This document shows positions 11,880-24,290 of a stretch of 64,000 bases of DNA, piece by piece. This DNA comes from Epiperipatus broadwayi (Eukaryota > Animalia > Onychophora), in assembly GCA_028023455.1 (NCBI GenBank), contig JAQFVV010000007.1:10664001-10728000 (forward strand), in the 5' to 3' direction. Within the stretch, counting starts at the first letter, position 1, and the number at the start of each line of letters is the position of its first letter. The position numbers were made by a program, and so were the translations under genes. The notes under the pieces were generated by a model. That model did no database searches and was not told where the DNA came from. It saw nothing but the letters and a program-made list of their open reading frames with translations.

Positions 11880-12330
11880 ACAATATTATTGCACAAAACA
11901 GTTATCCACCTCAAAATTACAACATCATGAAGAAAATTCACTGTGATTGGAAATTTAAAAAAGAAGCTCTTTGTTAAACAAGTTCATAAGCTATGATGTT
12001 CTATAGGAAGTAATCTTTTGAAACTTTCTTAAAAACCTGTTAAACCTATGTGGAGACCAGATTTTGTATTCTTTAATGTCTTTTCTCATCTATGGACATA
12101 ACTGATCAACTACAAATATTTACTTTCAGTATTATATATAGAATTAGTAACCATATAAAGTAAAAAGAGAAGATTAAAATAATAAACTTCAAAAAGAACT
12201 GCAATAAATAAACTTTTATAATTGAATAATGATAATTTAAATGTTTACCGAAGTTGCAATCAGTTTTACATTTTTACATGGAGGTTTCTTAAAAAGAGTG
12301 AAGACAATTATTCAAGGAAGAAGAGAAAAC
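11880..12330 (+). pseudogene. Possible decayed Penelope-like remnant
   Basis: NIIAQNSYPPQ (cf. I...NGYP) and NVYRSCNQFYIFTWRFLKK (cf. VY...C..YIG.T.R.L..R) in the expected order. Confidence 0.35.
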
Positions 12331-12605
12331 TGATTGCCTATAGGAACATTGAATAGAATACTCCAAAGTGATTCAGAAACAATTTTTTGAGTGTGGTTAA
12401 AGAAGAAAATAAAAAATTTTCACTCCGCACTGAAAATATGATAAAATTATATATTCTTTTTTTTTTTTAATAAAAAGATTCAGAAAAGTTGAAAACCAAA
12501 CATAATCTGGGTGATAATTTTATTTGCGGCAAATTCACTAATCTATTAATATTAGATTGGCAGAACATTATTATTATTTAGTTTCAACTATAGTTTTAAA
12601 TAAGA

Positions 12606-12657
<52 letters not shown>
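12606..12657. repeat. (TAT)n microsatellite
   Basis: About 17 perfect TAT units. Confidence 0.95.
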
Positions 12658-12741
12658 TAAATACAAGTATATTATATATACATTTAATCTGGATATAATT
12701 AGAAAAGGTTGTTTGGAGGGGGGTTGAAAGTTTGGTTAAAA

Positions 12742-12981
<240 letters not shown>

Positions 12982-13289
12982 GTAATTTTTATTGGACATT
13001 TTGCATTTGCATGTATTTAAAATAAAAGGGCTCACTTATGCTATGTTTAAACCCTTATTAATATCTATATATTTATTAAAATAATTTTATTTTATTAAAA
13101 TTTAGTGTCTGACTATCTTTCTTCTCTTCAATATATTATTAATATTAATATACTAAAGAAAAAGTTCATTATTTATGTAATTATTGAACATTAGTTTATT
13201 AATTATAAGTGTTATAATTGATTATCATGAAAGAACTAGAATTATGGGACATAAATGAATATGGAGTGAGGATAATGGATTCTATAGCT

Positions 13290-13730
13290 GGGACTCACAA
13301 TAAATTCAAATTATCATCACTCTACTCTTATGTTCAGCTCCTGTTTGTTTGTAAATCCTTTTCACTTCAATTGAAAGTAGGAATTTGGTAATATATTGTA
13401 TTTCTTGTTTAAATATCTCATGCCATGTACAAATGGCCTAACTATTGTCTGTTTAAACAATTTCTATCTATTAATATACTGCATACCATTACAATTATTA
13501 GTATACTTTTATGATCCACTTTATCAAAGGCTTTATATAGATCAAAATAAATAACTGTAATATCAATTTCTAATATAAGTGACAGTGATCCATTTTATCA
13601 AAAACTTTAGATAGATCAAAACAAGTAACAGTAACATCAATTGCTAATTTAAGTGATAAATGAATATTAGATGGTAGCATTAAGCATCTCATCAGAATAG
13701 TTCTAGATTTCATAATCATTAGTAGAGTTT
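13290..13730 (-). pseudogene. Decayed non-LTR retrotransposon RT remnant (CR1/L2/Jockey-like)
   Basis: Minus strand SRTILMRCL..VTVTCFDLSKVFDKMDH, a duplicated ITVIYFDLYKAL*VDH, then KLFKQTIVRPF; ~73-bp internal tandem duplication at 13512-13660. Confidence 0.6.
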
Positions 13731-14959
13731 GAATCTAATACATCTTACTTACATTAATTAGTTTTCATTATTTTTATCTTATCATTAGCATAGCTGAAAT
13801 TAAAAAAAATAATTGTATATATATATATGTAAATTTATTAAATTATATATTAAAAGTTTGCATAACAACCCAATTCTAACTAAATCAGTGATGAGAATAA
13901 TAGATTTGAGGTTTCTGGATTGGTTCATCTATGAAATCTAAAAATGGGAGGAGATATTCAGTTTGATAATTGTTTAAAATAGTCAAAATATTTGTTTGAT
14001 AATAATACTTTTCTTTGGAATTTTCTCGATGCTTAAAGTATCTTCAGTTAGATGTCCTCTTATTTACCTCTGCAGTATCCCTGCAATATCTTTTCTCAAG
14101 CAGTTAATCAAATGTTTTATTATTTTATTTGTTGTTCTTCTTTTTCTTCACTTTCAAACAAATAATTATATCTGACATTCTGATCTTATCCATTGCTTAA
14201 TATAATAATATAAGCTTTTTCTCCAATCAGGTTTATTATATTTTATTTCAAACATTTATTTGATCTTAATCTTCTAGATGTTGTCCAACAATGCAATTTA
14301 CCTGTCATTGTCCATGATTGTGGCCCATATGTTATCATACTTTGTAAACCAGGATCATAAATTTGTTGACTTTCCTTTTCTACTTCAAGTAAAAAATTAT
14401 TTTATTTTATCAGTGTATTTTTATTGAAACCATGAAAAAATATGAAAGTTATCTTCTATCGTTTTCTCTGTTATCAACTATATATTAACTTTTATAAAGT
14501 TCGGTAAAATTACCATTGAAAAATTGTAAAATGTTAGAAGTTATTTGTATTCTCTACGAACTTGTTCTAATTTTAAAAATGCAAAATAACCTACAAGTTC
14601 TGAATTCAATGTAAAGAAAAGGAAACCCTATTTAAAAATTAAAAAAAAAAACACTTTGAAAAATTATTTTTTCTTCTTCAGTGAAATCTATTGCATTAAT
14701 AACAGCAATTATTGTGAATCAATTACACTATTGAGCTAAAGTAGAAAAAATACAATATTATAGGCATTTCATACAATTATGTTTGTTAATTTTGAAGTAT
14801 TTATTGAATTGTTTTTTCTTTGACTTTATTTTATTTTAACTATGTATAGTACTTAATTATTGATGTTCATTGAAAATCGTCAACACTTAAACAATTTGAA
14901 TATTAATAAAAAATGACAATCTCAATCTGTTGTCAAGGCAACCTTTTAACAATTTTTAT

Positions 14960-15540
14960 TTTATGCTCTATATCCAAATAATGCAAACATAATCCTGATC
15001 ACATATATTTTCTATTAATGGCTTGATCATGTTTATTACTTCTCTTAATTTCCATTCTTCCTGTCTTTCCTACATATATTTTATTGAATTTTTCACAGGT
15101 TATTTTATAAACTAGCCACTCTGTACTATTAATATCATTTAATCATTTACCTAAAGACTTATTATTTTTCAAGCCATTTTTACAATATTTGGCAAATTTA
15201 CTTTCATTAATTTTTTATATATCTTTATGAATATGAAATATACATCCATTTCAAAATGAATGCTTATTAAATTTATAAAATTTTAATACCTTTCTTTATT
15301 CCAATTATTTACTTTATTAATATTATCCTTTTCTTCATTTAATTTTACTTCTTTATAACACAACCATTTACATTTATTATCATATTTTTTCAAAAGTTTA
15401 TTCTTTAAATTATTATTATGAATCAATCATTAATGCATTTTTATATATACAAACATATTCTTTGATATATTCTTTGTTAATATATATATTTTTCTATTGT
15501 AAATTTTTTAAATTAAATATAATATATATTTTATATCTTT
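14960..15540 (-). mobile_element. Penelope-like remnant, GIY-YIG region (unit B)
   Basis: LVYKITCEKFNKIYVGKTGRMEIKRSNKHD..SGLCLHYL; ~500-bp direct homology with 18147-18640. Confidence 0.85.
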
Positions 15541-15544
15541 TTAA

Positions 15545-17949
15545 ATGTTAATTGGTATAAAAATGAAAGATGAAAGTGCTGTGAGTAATTTTGGTTATGG
15601 TAATAGAAATGAGAGAGGACATAGACTTGTGGAGTTTGCAGAAAAAGAAAAACTTTATATTATGAATTCTTTTTTTGAAAAAAATGTTAAAAGGAAATGG
15701 ACATGGAAGCATCCAAATGAAGGTACAGCAGAATTGGATTATATTTTGACTAACAGGAAATACATATTTCAAGATTGTAATGTTCTTAATAAATTTAACA
15801 CAGGAAGTGATCATCGATTAGTAAGGTGTAAGATATGTGTTAATGTAAAACTAAAGAGACAAAAATTATTAAGGAAAACAATATTTACAGTTGATATTCC
15901 TAATCTTCAGAAACATTCTAATGAATTTAAATTAGAACTTACAAATCGGTTTCAAATATTAGTAGATTTTGAACATGATTCAGATTTGAATGAAATTAAT
16001 ATGAAAATAACTGATACACTTTTGAAAACTGCAACAAAGATAGCTGGTAGAAAGAAACAGCAATTGGCCAATAAAATTTCTACTGAGACTAGAGAATTTA
16101 TGAAGAAAAGAAGGACTATGAAGACATACAAAAATGATGCATTATAAAGAATTGAATATCTCGAATTTTGTAAAATGGTGCAGAAAAGAGTTGAAAATGA
16201 TATAAGAAAGTATAACTGTGAACTAGCAAGGAAAGCTGTAGAAGAAAATAAAAGTCTTAAGAATGTAAAACAACATTTTGGTATTGGTAGGAAATGTATA
16301 TCTGTAATAAGAAAAAAAGATCGAATTATTACTAAAAGGAGAGATGACATCATGAAATTGGTAGAAGATTTTTATCAAGAATTATATAGTAATAAAGAAC
16401 AAGTACCTCCTATATCTATTACATCTTCCAAATTGCCCAGAATTTTAAATGAAGAAGTGAGACATGCAATTAAATGTATGAAGAAAGGAAAGGCTCCAGG
16501 TAATGATGGAATTATAATTGATATATTAAAAGAAGCAGGTGAAGAAATAGAAAATTTTTTAGCAAAGTTATATACCAAATGTCTAAATGATAAAGATGTA
16601 CCGGATGATTGGAAGAATGCGGTAATAATATTAATATTTAAAAAAGGTGATAAAGAAAATATTAGAAATTACAGACCTATCACCCTTTTATCAGTTTTAT
16701 ATAAAATTTTTACCAAGATAATTACTACTCGTCTATAGAGAACATTGGATTTCCACCAACCAAGAGAACAAGCCAGATTTAAAAGTGGTTTTAGTACAGT
16801 AGATCATATCCAGGTATTGAGAGAAGTTATAGAAAGGACAAATGAATATGAGTTGCCATTATGCTTAGGATTTGTAGATTATGAAAAGGCATTTGATTCT
16901 ATAAACATTTTTTCAGTGATTAAAGCATTAGATCATCAAGGTATAGATCCAGGATATTGTCATATTTTAAAGAATATTTATAAAAATGCAACAGCAACAA
17001 TTAGATTACATAATGACACTGGGAAAGTCAACATTGAGAAAGGTGTAAGACAAGGTGACTCCATATCTCCAAAACTTTTTACAGCAGTGCTGCATGAAGT
17101 ATTTTGTGGATTAAAATGGGAAACTAAAGGAGTGAAAGTAAATGGTGATTATTTAAGTCATTTATATTTCGCAGATGATGTAGTTGTTTTTGCAAATAAT
17201 GCTCCAGATCTGCAGGAAAAGTTGCAGGAATTATCAGATGAAAGTAGGAAAGTAGGACTAAAGATAAATGTTAAAAAGACTAAAGTAATGTTTAATCGAT
17301 TTGCTCAAAATATGAAAATAAAGATTGATTATGATGAATTAGAAAAGTTAACAGTTACAAATACCTTGGTCAGATTATTAATACAGATAGAAACATAATG
17401 GAGGAAATTAATCATAGAATTAAACTTGGTTGGAGTGTTTTTGGTAGAAATAACTTGATACTAAAAGGAAATATGCCTATGTGTTTGAAAAGGAAGGTTT
17501 TTAACAAATGTGTTTTACCAGTTCTCACTTATGGATCTGAGACTAGGACACTTAATAGAAGAGCAATTCAGAGACTTCAGACCACTCAAAGAAGTATGGA
17601 GAGATGTATGTTGGGAGTAAAAAGAAGAGATTGTAAACGCAATGTATGGGTAAGAGAACAAACAGGTGTTACTGACCTCATTGAAAAAATTAAAAGATTG
17701 AAGTGGAGTTGGGCTGGACATATTGTTAGAAGAGATGATAATAGATGGACAATTAAAATTTTAAACTGGATTCCAAGAGATTATAAAAGACCCAGAAAGA
17801 GACCACATGTGAGATGGATGGATGAAATAAGAAAGTGTGCAGGCGTGATGTGGAGAAGAGAAGCTAAAGATCAGAGAAGATGGATTAAACTTGAAGAGAC
17901 CTTCATCCTGCAGTGGATTGATAATGGTTGATAATGATGATGATGATGA
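15545..17949 (+). mobile_element. 5'-truncated, disabled RTE-clade LINE (partial APE endonuclease plus RT)
   Basis: RNERGHRLVEF, KWTWKHPN..ELDYIL, SDHRLV (endonuclease); GKAPGNDG, NYRPITLL, EKAFDS, RQGDSISPKLF, YFADD (RT); stops at ~16145 and ~16736, frameshift near 17350; (GAT)n tail at 17932-17949. Confidence 0.97.
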
Positions 17950-18850
17950 CATATTTACAATCATTTCATATATTTTTTAACTATTTAATAAAGTCCATTT
18001 TTCTTCTAATTTTGCTGGACCTTTTACAATATTTACACATTTAATGAATAGACAATGTTCACAATGTATTCTCTTATAATAATCCTTCACATACTTTATA
18101 ACACTTATATTTTCTTACCTGACTTGGCTCAATCATATTCCTTACCTCTCTCAATTGTCATTATTCCTGTCTGTCCTATATATATTTTATTGCGTTTTTC
18201 ATTGGTTATTTTATAAACTAGCCCCACTATACTATTAACATCATTTAACTCTTTTGCCTTATTAAACCATTTACCTAAAGACTTATTATTTTTTCAAGTT
18301 ATTTTTGCATTATTTGGAAAATTTACTTTCATTAATCGTTTATATACCTTTCCTGAATGTGAAATAGACATCCATTTCAAAATGACTACTTGAAAAATTT
18401 ATAAAATTATAATACTCTTCTTCCTCCCAATTATTTACTTTATTAATTTATCCTTTTCTTCATTCAAGTTTACTTTTTTATAACACAACTATTTCCATTT
18501 ATTATCATATTTTTTTGAAAGTTTATTTTTTAAATTATTATTATGAATTATTAACACATTCTTTATATAGACAAACATACTCTCCGATATATATTTTTTT
18601 AATATATACTTTTTTCTATTATATTTCTTAATGCAATAATTTATTTTGCCATATTTTCCCTTCAAAAAGAAATTTAAAACTATCATTTGAAGTTTATTTC
18701 ATAATTCTTTGTTTTTATTGATTTTTATGTTACTAATTTTAAACTTACACATAGACATTATTATATTATCCTTATATCAATTCAAAAATGATAATTGATA
18801 TTTCAATTCCTCAACATTTCTCTGAACATTCCATATTGTTTGGCATCTAT
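17950..18850 (-). mobile_element. Penelope-like remnant, thumb plus GIY-YIG region (unit A)
   Basis: GLVYKITNEKRNKIYIGQTGIMTIERGKEY; its 3' end (17950-18110) is the reverse complement of 18925-19088. Confidence 0.85.
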
Positions 18851-18869
18851 TAAAATCAACTTTTCCCAA

Positions 18870-19920
18870 ATATTTGCATTATTTGAATACAGGACACAAA
18901 ATGAAATGTAAAGAAAATGTGTTTTAAAGTATATGAAGGATTATCATAAGTGAATATATTATGAAACATTGTATATTCAAGAAAACTTGAACAAATGTAT
19001 AAATATAGTAAAAACTCCAGCAAAAATAGGAGGAAAATGGGCTTTATTAAATAGTTGGAAAATGTAAAAAATGATTGTAAATATGTAAATAACATTTTTA
19101 AGAAGATCTAAAATATGTATTTAATTATTATTTTTGAAAAAAAAAATTGCAAAAAATTAAAAAAAAAAATTATAGGTATAATTTCTTTTAAATTTTAAGT
19201 TATTTAATTGATTATTACTTATATAAGGCTATAACCTTAATACATGCACCTTGTGTGTTTAATTTTACTTCAAGAGAGACCTCTACAAATCTTAACACAA
19301 AGCACACAGTGTGCATGTCCTAAGCCTTATGTAAGTAATACATGCTGACAGTGTGCTTAATAAGAATTAATATTTACAATTTTAAATTGATTCAAAATAT
19401 TTCTAAATTTAAGATCTAAATATTGACTCATTGTAAATCGAAAGATTTCGTGAATGTTAATGTGTAACAGAAATAATGGACTTAATCAGTGAAGAATTTA
19501 TTAGCTTCATGTTTCCAAATCAAAATGCTTTAGATTTGCCTATATAATTAGAAAAATAGATTGAAGATAAGAGTGGTACTCTTATCTTTATAAAGTCAAA
19601 TCTTGTGTTAAGATTTGTAGAGATCTCTCTTGTACTAAAATTAAGCACATGGGGCACATATACTAATGTTATAGCCTTATATAGTATTATATGCTGATAT
19701 TGTGCTTAATAAGAATTGATTATTGTAAATTGTATGTATATATATAAGATGTAAAATATGTTAAATTTATTTATTTAATTATTGATTATAGTATGTAAGT
19801 ATATGTTTTTAAAAAGTGCAATTTAATGTAAATAGTATCCCGTGGATGGCTATGTGAATTGTAAAGTATAATATCTTGAGAAGGTCTCAATGGAGATGAA
19901 ATCCAGATCGATAAATATTA
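18870..19920 (+). mobile_element. Inverted Penelope 3' segment and pseudo-LTR
   Basis: LHYLNTGHKM and IYYETLYIQENLNKCINIVKTPAKIGGKWALL (endonuclease C-terminus); 78-bp inverted repeat 19224-19300/19602-19680; direct repeat 19324-19380/19674-19730; TATA-like gtatatatataag; terminal hammerhead variant. Confidence 0.75.
19872..19913 (+). ncRNA. Minimal type I hammerhead ribozyme variant (U3-A8)
   Basis: TATC TTGAGAA G GTCTC-AATG-GAGAT GAAA TC-CA-GA TC GATA: helix I TATC/GATA, helix II 5 bp with one G-U, helix III ATC/GAT, AUC cleavage triplet. Confidence 0.65.
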
Positions 19921-20171
19921 TAATATAGTTATTAATAGTTGTTTATTTCAATCTTATTTTGATTGATTATTTACTTAGTTATACAATAATCAAAATACAC
20001 TGCAATAAACTTTACAATAATCAATATACCAATATAAAAAATTAACATTGGCATATTGAATATTGTAGAATTTATTCCAGAGTATTTTGATTATATATAT
20101 ATATGTATTATTTAGATAAGGGTAAATTGTGAATCTAATGCGTAAAGAAATAAGGAACTTCACTCACTTAC

Positions 20172-20314
20172 ATATATCTGAGAGCCCAAACTTTCCTGGA
20201 ATTTTTACTCTCCAGCTAAGTATTTCTAGATATTCCAGATATAAATCAATGCTGGATGGATAAACTGCAGTGGGTATAAGAAACACTGAAAAAAATCCCG
20301 TCATACTTGAAAAC
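20172..20314 (-). CDS. Candidate host exon (143 nt), unidentified protein
   Basis: Acceptor taattacag|G and consensus donor T|gtaagt; one open frame FSSMTGFFSVFLIPTAVYPSSIDLYLEYLEILSWRVKIPGKFGLSDI; no family recognised. Confidence 0.4.
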
Positions 20315-20619
20315 CTGTAATTAACTCTTTAAAAATCCAACCTTTATAAACTCTATACTGAGATTTCAGATGATAAATAAACCAAACTACATGAATCTTA
20401 CAGATAAAAGTAAATAATAGATTCAGCACTAAGCTAGATAAATATTACACACTTTTAAAAAAATGTAAGATTGCATGGTGTTATAATCTTATTTTATTTT
20501 AATAGCTCACATTATTGACTGACATAATAAAATATCCTGATAATTTTATCCCTCTGTTAAGAATAGTTAGAAATCCATTTTCTGATTAGCATTACTAGAT
20601 GCGTCCCCTATGGACTAGC

Positions 20620-21500
20620 TATTTAAAAATCTACAAGGATCCAATCTATAGTTGAATCGCGAAATACACGAGTGGTAGGTCGGTACGTTAACTACTATCT
20701 CACAAAGCCTTGAAGTATTAAATATTTCTTTATTTTTAAAAATAATATATATATTCAATGTTTTTTTATTATTATTTTATTAAATGAGTTGATTATATGT
20801 AAAAATATTGAACTGATCAAATATTTCGCAGGTCTGTAGCCGGCTGATCGTATGAAAAGTTCTGATCCAATTATCTCTGCAGGGCTTCTCCAAATTTACA
20901 TACGAAATAAAATTGTAGAAAAGATCTAAATTTAATAATGAACAGTTCAGTCTGACTCATTATTAAGAACCCGATTACTGAGCTCCTTCAATATGGACAT
21001 ACACACGCTCGCTCACACACTTGACTGCAATAACAATGACTGTAATTTTATTACGAAACGAAAGAAATGCACTTTTTTTTTTTTTAAAAAAAAAATCATA
21101 TTAAGTAAATAATAACACCTACAAAAAGATTACTGTTGCAGAATATTATAATATTTTTTTTTTATCTGCGGTGCCATTTTTTCACTATAATACAATTGAA
21201 TCATTGATTCAGATGCGAATCTTATTTAATAATTGTGAATGAATAATAATAAAAAAAAGGATTAAAAATATATAGATAATAAGACAGAAATTTTTACTTA
21301 TATTTTTTCATCACTATCACAGTGAGTTAAAACTAAAACAAAATTAATTAAATCAAAACTCATTTTTAATTGCCAATTAAAAATAAATAAATTATCAAAT
21401 GCTCAGAAGTTCGAACGCCGGAAGTGATGCAAATAGCTGCGATCCATTTGACCACAGCATCAATGCACGCCGAACAATTGCAATGTTTGTTTTCTTGAAG
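20620..21500. promoter_or_regulatory. CpG-retaining, promoter-like region with ETS-type CCGGAAGTG at 21418-21426
   Basis: Local excess of CG dinucleotides over the CpG-poor background; lies upstream of the candidate minus-strand exon. Confidence 0.3.
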
Positions 21501-21600
21501 CAAAATAAAAAGACTAAGATTTAAAAACAGTAACCAGAATAATATATATACGACTGTAGGATTTTAATCATTTTAGCTTATAATAACAACAACAACAATA

Positions 21601-21630
21601 GTCAAGCGTTGGTGGCCTAGTGGTTAGCAA
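21601..21630 (+). mobile_element. 5' fragment of tRNA-Gly-derived SINE
   Basis: gtcaagcgttggtggcctagtggttagca has the same gtcaag leader and tRNA-Gly 5' half as the copies at 7064 and 54484. Confidence 0.7.
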
Positions 21631-22079
21631 GCAGCTGGCCCAAGTTAGGAAACAAGAACAACAATAATAATAAAACAACCACTCGTAAACATATATGGCC
21701 ATTCCAATTCAAAAAAAGAAAGACAATAAACTACTCTGGAAATGAGTTTTGCGATGGCTATGCAAAATATGTGATTCACCAATATATCCACGTATAAAAC
21801 ATGCTAGTCCATTTTTCTATTTGCTTGATATTTTATGATGCCGTTTTTAAATTTCTTTGGCAGAAAACTTTTCATTCTAAAATAATTCAATACCGGGTCT
21901 GATTGTAGCTCTTAATGTATTTTCTCCCTGCCTTATCTTCTTAACGGAAACAAGTGATAACACTTACTTAGAACGTCTTTGAGATAATCCTTGAGTCTAC
22001 CTCTTCCACAATAACCACATTTAAGTTTACCATAAAACAGGATTTTATGAAATCTTCCATTGTTTATTCATTTTACACG

Positions 22080-22350
22080 TCCAATTCAACAAGTGTGATT
22101 TTACAAATTGCTTTTAAGATCTTGCAATTATATAGTTAAAATTGTACATGGCACACGTAAATGAAACGTTCTTAATATCTTTATATTGTGCTGATAGGGT
22201 GTCAAAATTTCACTTCCATACAGAAAATTAGGTAAAATAACAGTTTTATATTTAGCTATCTTGATTGGAGTAGTTGCTTCCCTGTGATGAAATACTTTGT
22301 CTTTTAATTTGTTTAAAGCATAGAAGTACATCGAAATCTCTGTTGTCACT
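22080..22350 (-). pseudogene. RTE-type LINE RT C-terminal remnant (different subfamily)
   Basis: YALNKLKDKVFHH..KIAKYKTVILPNFLYGSEILTPYQHNIKILRTFHLR..TILTI matches the RTE thumb region. Confidence 0.75.
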
Positions 22351-22829
22351 CAACATCTAAGCCCACCTTTCTATTTATAAAATTATGAAGATGTTTAAAC
22401 TGATGATTTTCACTTATGGTTAAAATGAAAGCAAAATTCTCAGTCCTATCAATAATAGACGTGTGTGTGTGCATGTTCATAAGAGGCAGAGAGAATATGA
22501 TGAAACCAATTGTGAATAAAATTAAAAGACAGGAAAAGATTATTAATCTGTGGCAAACATAAAAATGGAGTATATTAATTAAAAGGTTTGATTTTTTGCA
22601 GTGACTTTCTGTTCTTGCTCTGTTTATCAAATTCCTCAATATATCAGAAGTTATCTCTCATAAATGTATATAACAGTGTTAATTAAATCAGCCTGCCAGC
22701 AACACAAAATATGGTTTTGTCATCAAAGATGTATCTTGTAACAAGATTCCCTTTCTAATTATTTAATCAAAAATCTACAAATAAAGAATTATTGTAAAAA
22801 TGAAAAGAAAATTATGATTTTACAAATAT

Positions 22830-23090
22830 CTTCTTTCCAGATTTAACAATAACTAATCAGCCAGATTTGATCTTCCTACACACAAATGGAGTCTCAACAA
22901 CAGATTTAGATCAATCCATGGTCATTGTGTTCATGTACATTGCAAATGAAATTTATGAGTCACTGATCTTAGTAAATGTGGACTAATACAAATGATGAAC
23001 CACATAATTAATGACTGTCAGAATTATGATGATAGAGGCCTACTTAGAAGGATTTTATATATCTACTGATTGGATACTCTGCAGATTCCT
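22830..23090 (+). pseudogene. Non-LTR retrotransposon ORF2 C-terminal remnant
   Basis: RFDLPTHKWSLNNRFRSIHGHC..K*..KCGLIQMMNHIINDC resembles the FDLPR..W..LNRFRT.HG.C...C.CG..QTM.HI..C terminus. Confidence 0.6.
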
Positions 23091-23328
23091 TTAAGAAAAT
23101 ATATACATTAAATAGTATGATATTGGTTCAGACATTAAAATATTAAGACAATCATTATTATAATAACTGTCCTTGTGCAAAAAAACTTAACAAAAATATA
23201 TTATAAAATAATTTATTACTTTTAAATATTTAGAAAGTTAATTTATATGGAAAAAATGAAAGAAAAGTTAAAATATAACTGAAAATTTAAACAGGTTTTT
23301 TTTTTAAAAAAAATATTACCTTGTAAAC

Positions 23329-23555
23329 CATCATCATCAACCATTATCAATCCACTGCAGGATGAAGATCTTTCCAAGTTCAATCCATCTTCGATCTTTA
23401 GCTTCTTTTCTCCACACCACCTCTGCACAATTTCTTATTTTATCCATCCATCTTACATGTGGTCTCTTTCTGGGTCTTTTACAATCTCTTGGAATCCAGT
23501 TTAAGATTTCAATTGTCCTTCTATTATCAATCAGCTCTTCTAGCAATATGTCCAT
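23329..23555 (-). mobile_element. RTE 3' fragment
   Basis: ORF 23337-23555 (..WIPRDCKRPRKRPHVRW..FILQWIDNG) plus tga tail. Confidence 0.92.
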
Positions 23556-24089
23556 ATAAAACCATATAAAGATTTATTTCAACTGTCTATGTAATTATTA
23601 TAAATATAATCTTTGATAGGCTAAACAAATTAGTTCCATTTAATTAACCAAATTGGAATTATTTATTTGAATTCCCAATTGAACCACAAAACTTTAATTA
23701 TTGAGGCTATTACTCATCTCTGGTAAAACTGCTAAGAGCTGTTAAAATAATAAAAAAAAAAATGAAGCATTTTAAGTTATTTGGAAAAATAGGAAAAGTT
23801 TTCAAAAGTCAATAAAAGTAGAAATGCTTGGAGTTGTTGGAAAAGAGGTGAAAAAAATTATAGAAGAAAACAAAAATAAATTAATATAAGATATAAGTTT
23901 TAATAATGGATTTGAGACTTTGACACTTAATAAAAATAATACAAATACATCAGATAACTCTATGATGTATGGAAAGATATATGTTGAATGTAACAAGAAG
24001 AGACTGAAAGCAAAATACATAGGAAAGAGAGCACACAGGTATCATTGACAACATTAAAAGCATTAATAGACTGAAATGAAGATAAGATG

Positions 24090-24290
24090 AACATATTTCT
24101 AAAGAGATGATAATAGATTGACAATTAAAGCCTTAAACTAAATCCTAAGAGATTGTAAAAGATCCAGAAAGAGACTGCATGTGAGATGGATGAATGAAAC
24201 TGATGTGATGTGGAGTAGAACACTTAAGAAATAGAAAATTGGATTAAATTTGATGAGATCCTTTGCTACAGTGAATTAACAATGGTTTCT
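24090..24290 (+). mobile_element. Decayed RTE 3' fragment
   Basis: agagatgataatagattgacaattaaa..gattgtaaaagatccagaaagagactgcatgtgagatggatg matches the RTE 3' region. Confidence 0.8.

Noticed and set aside
13753-13793. 41-nt minus-strand exon with strong splice sites
   Set aside because: Very AT-rich, gives a stop within six codons if joined to the 20.2-kb exon, and abuts a LINE remnant.
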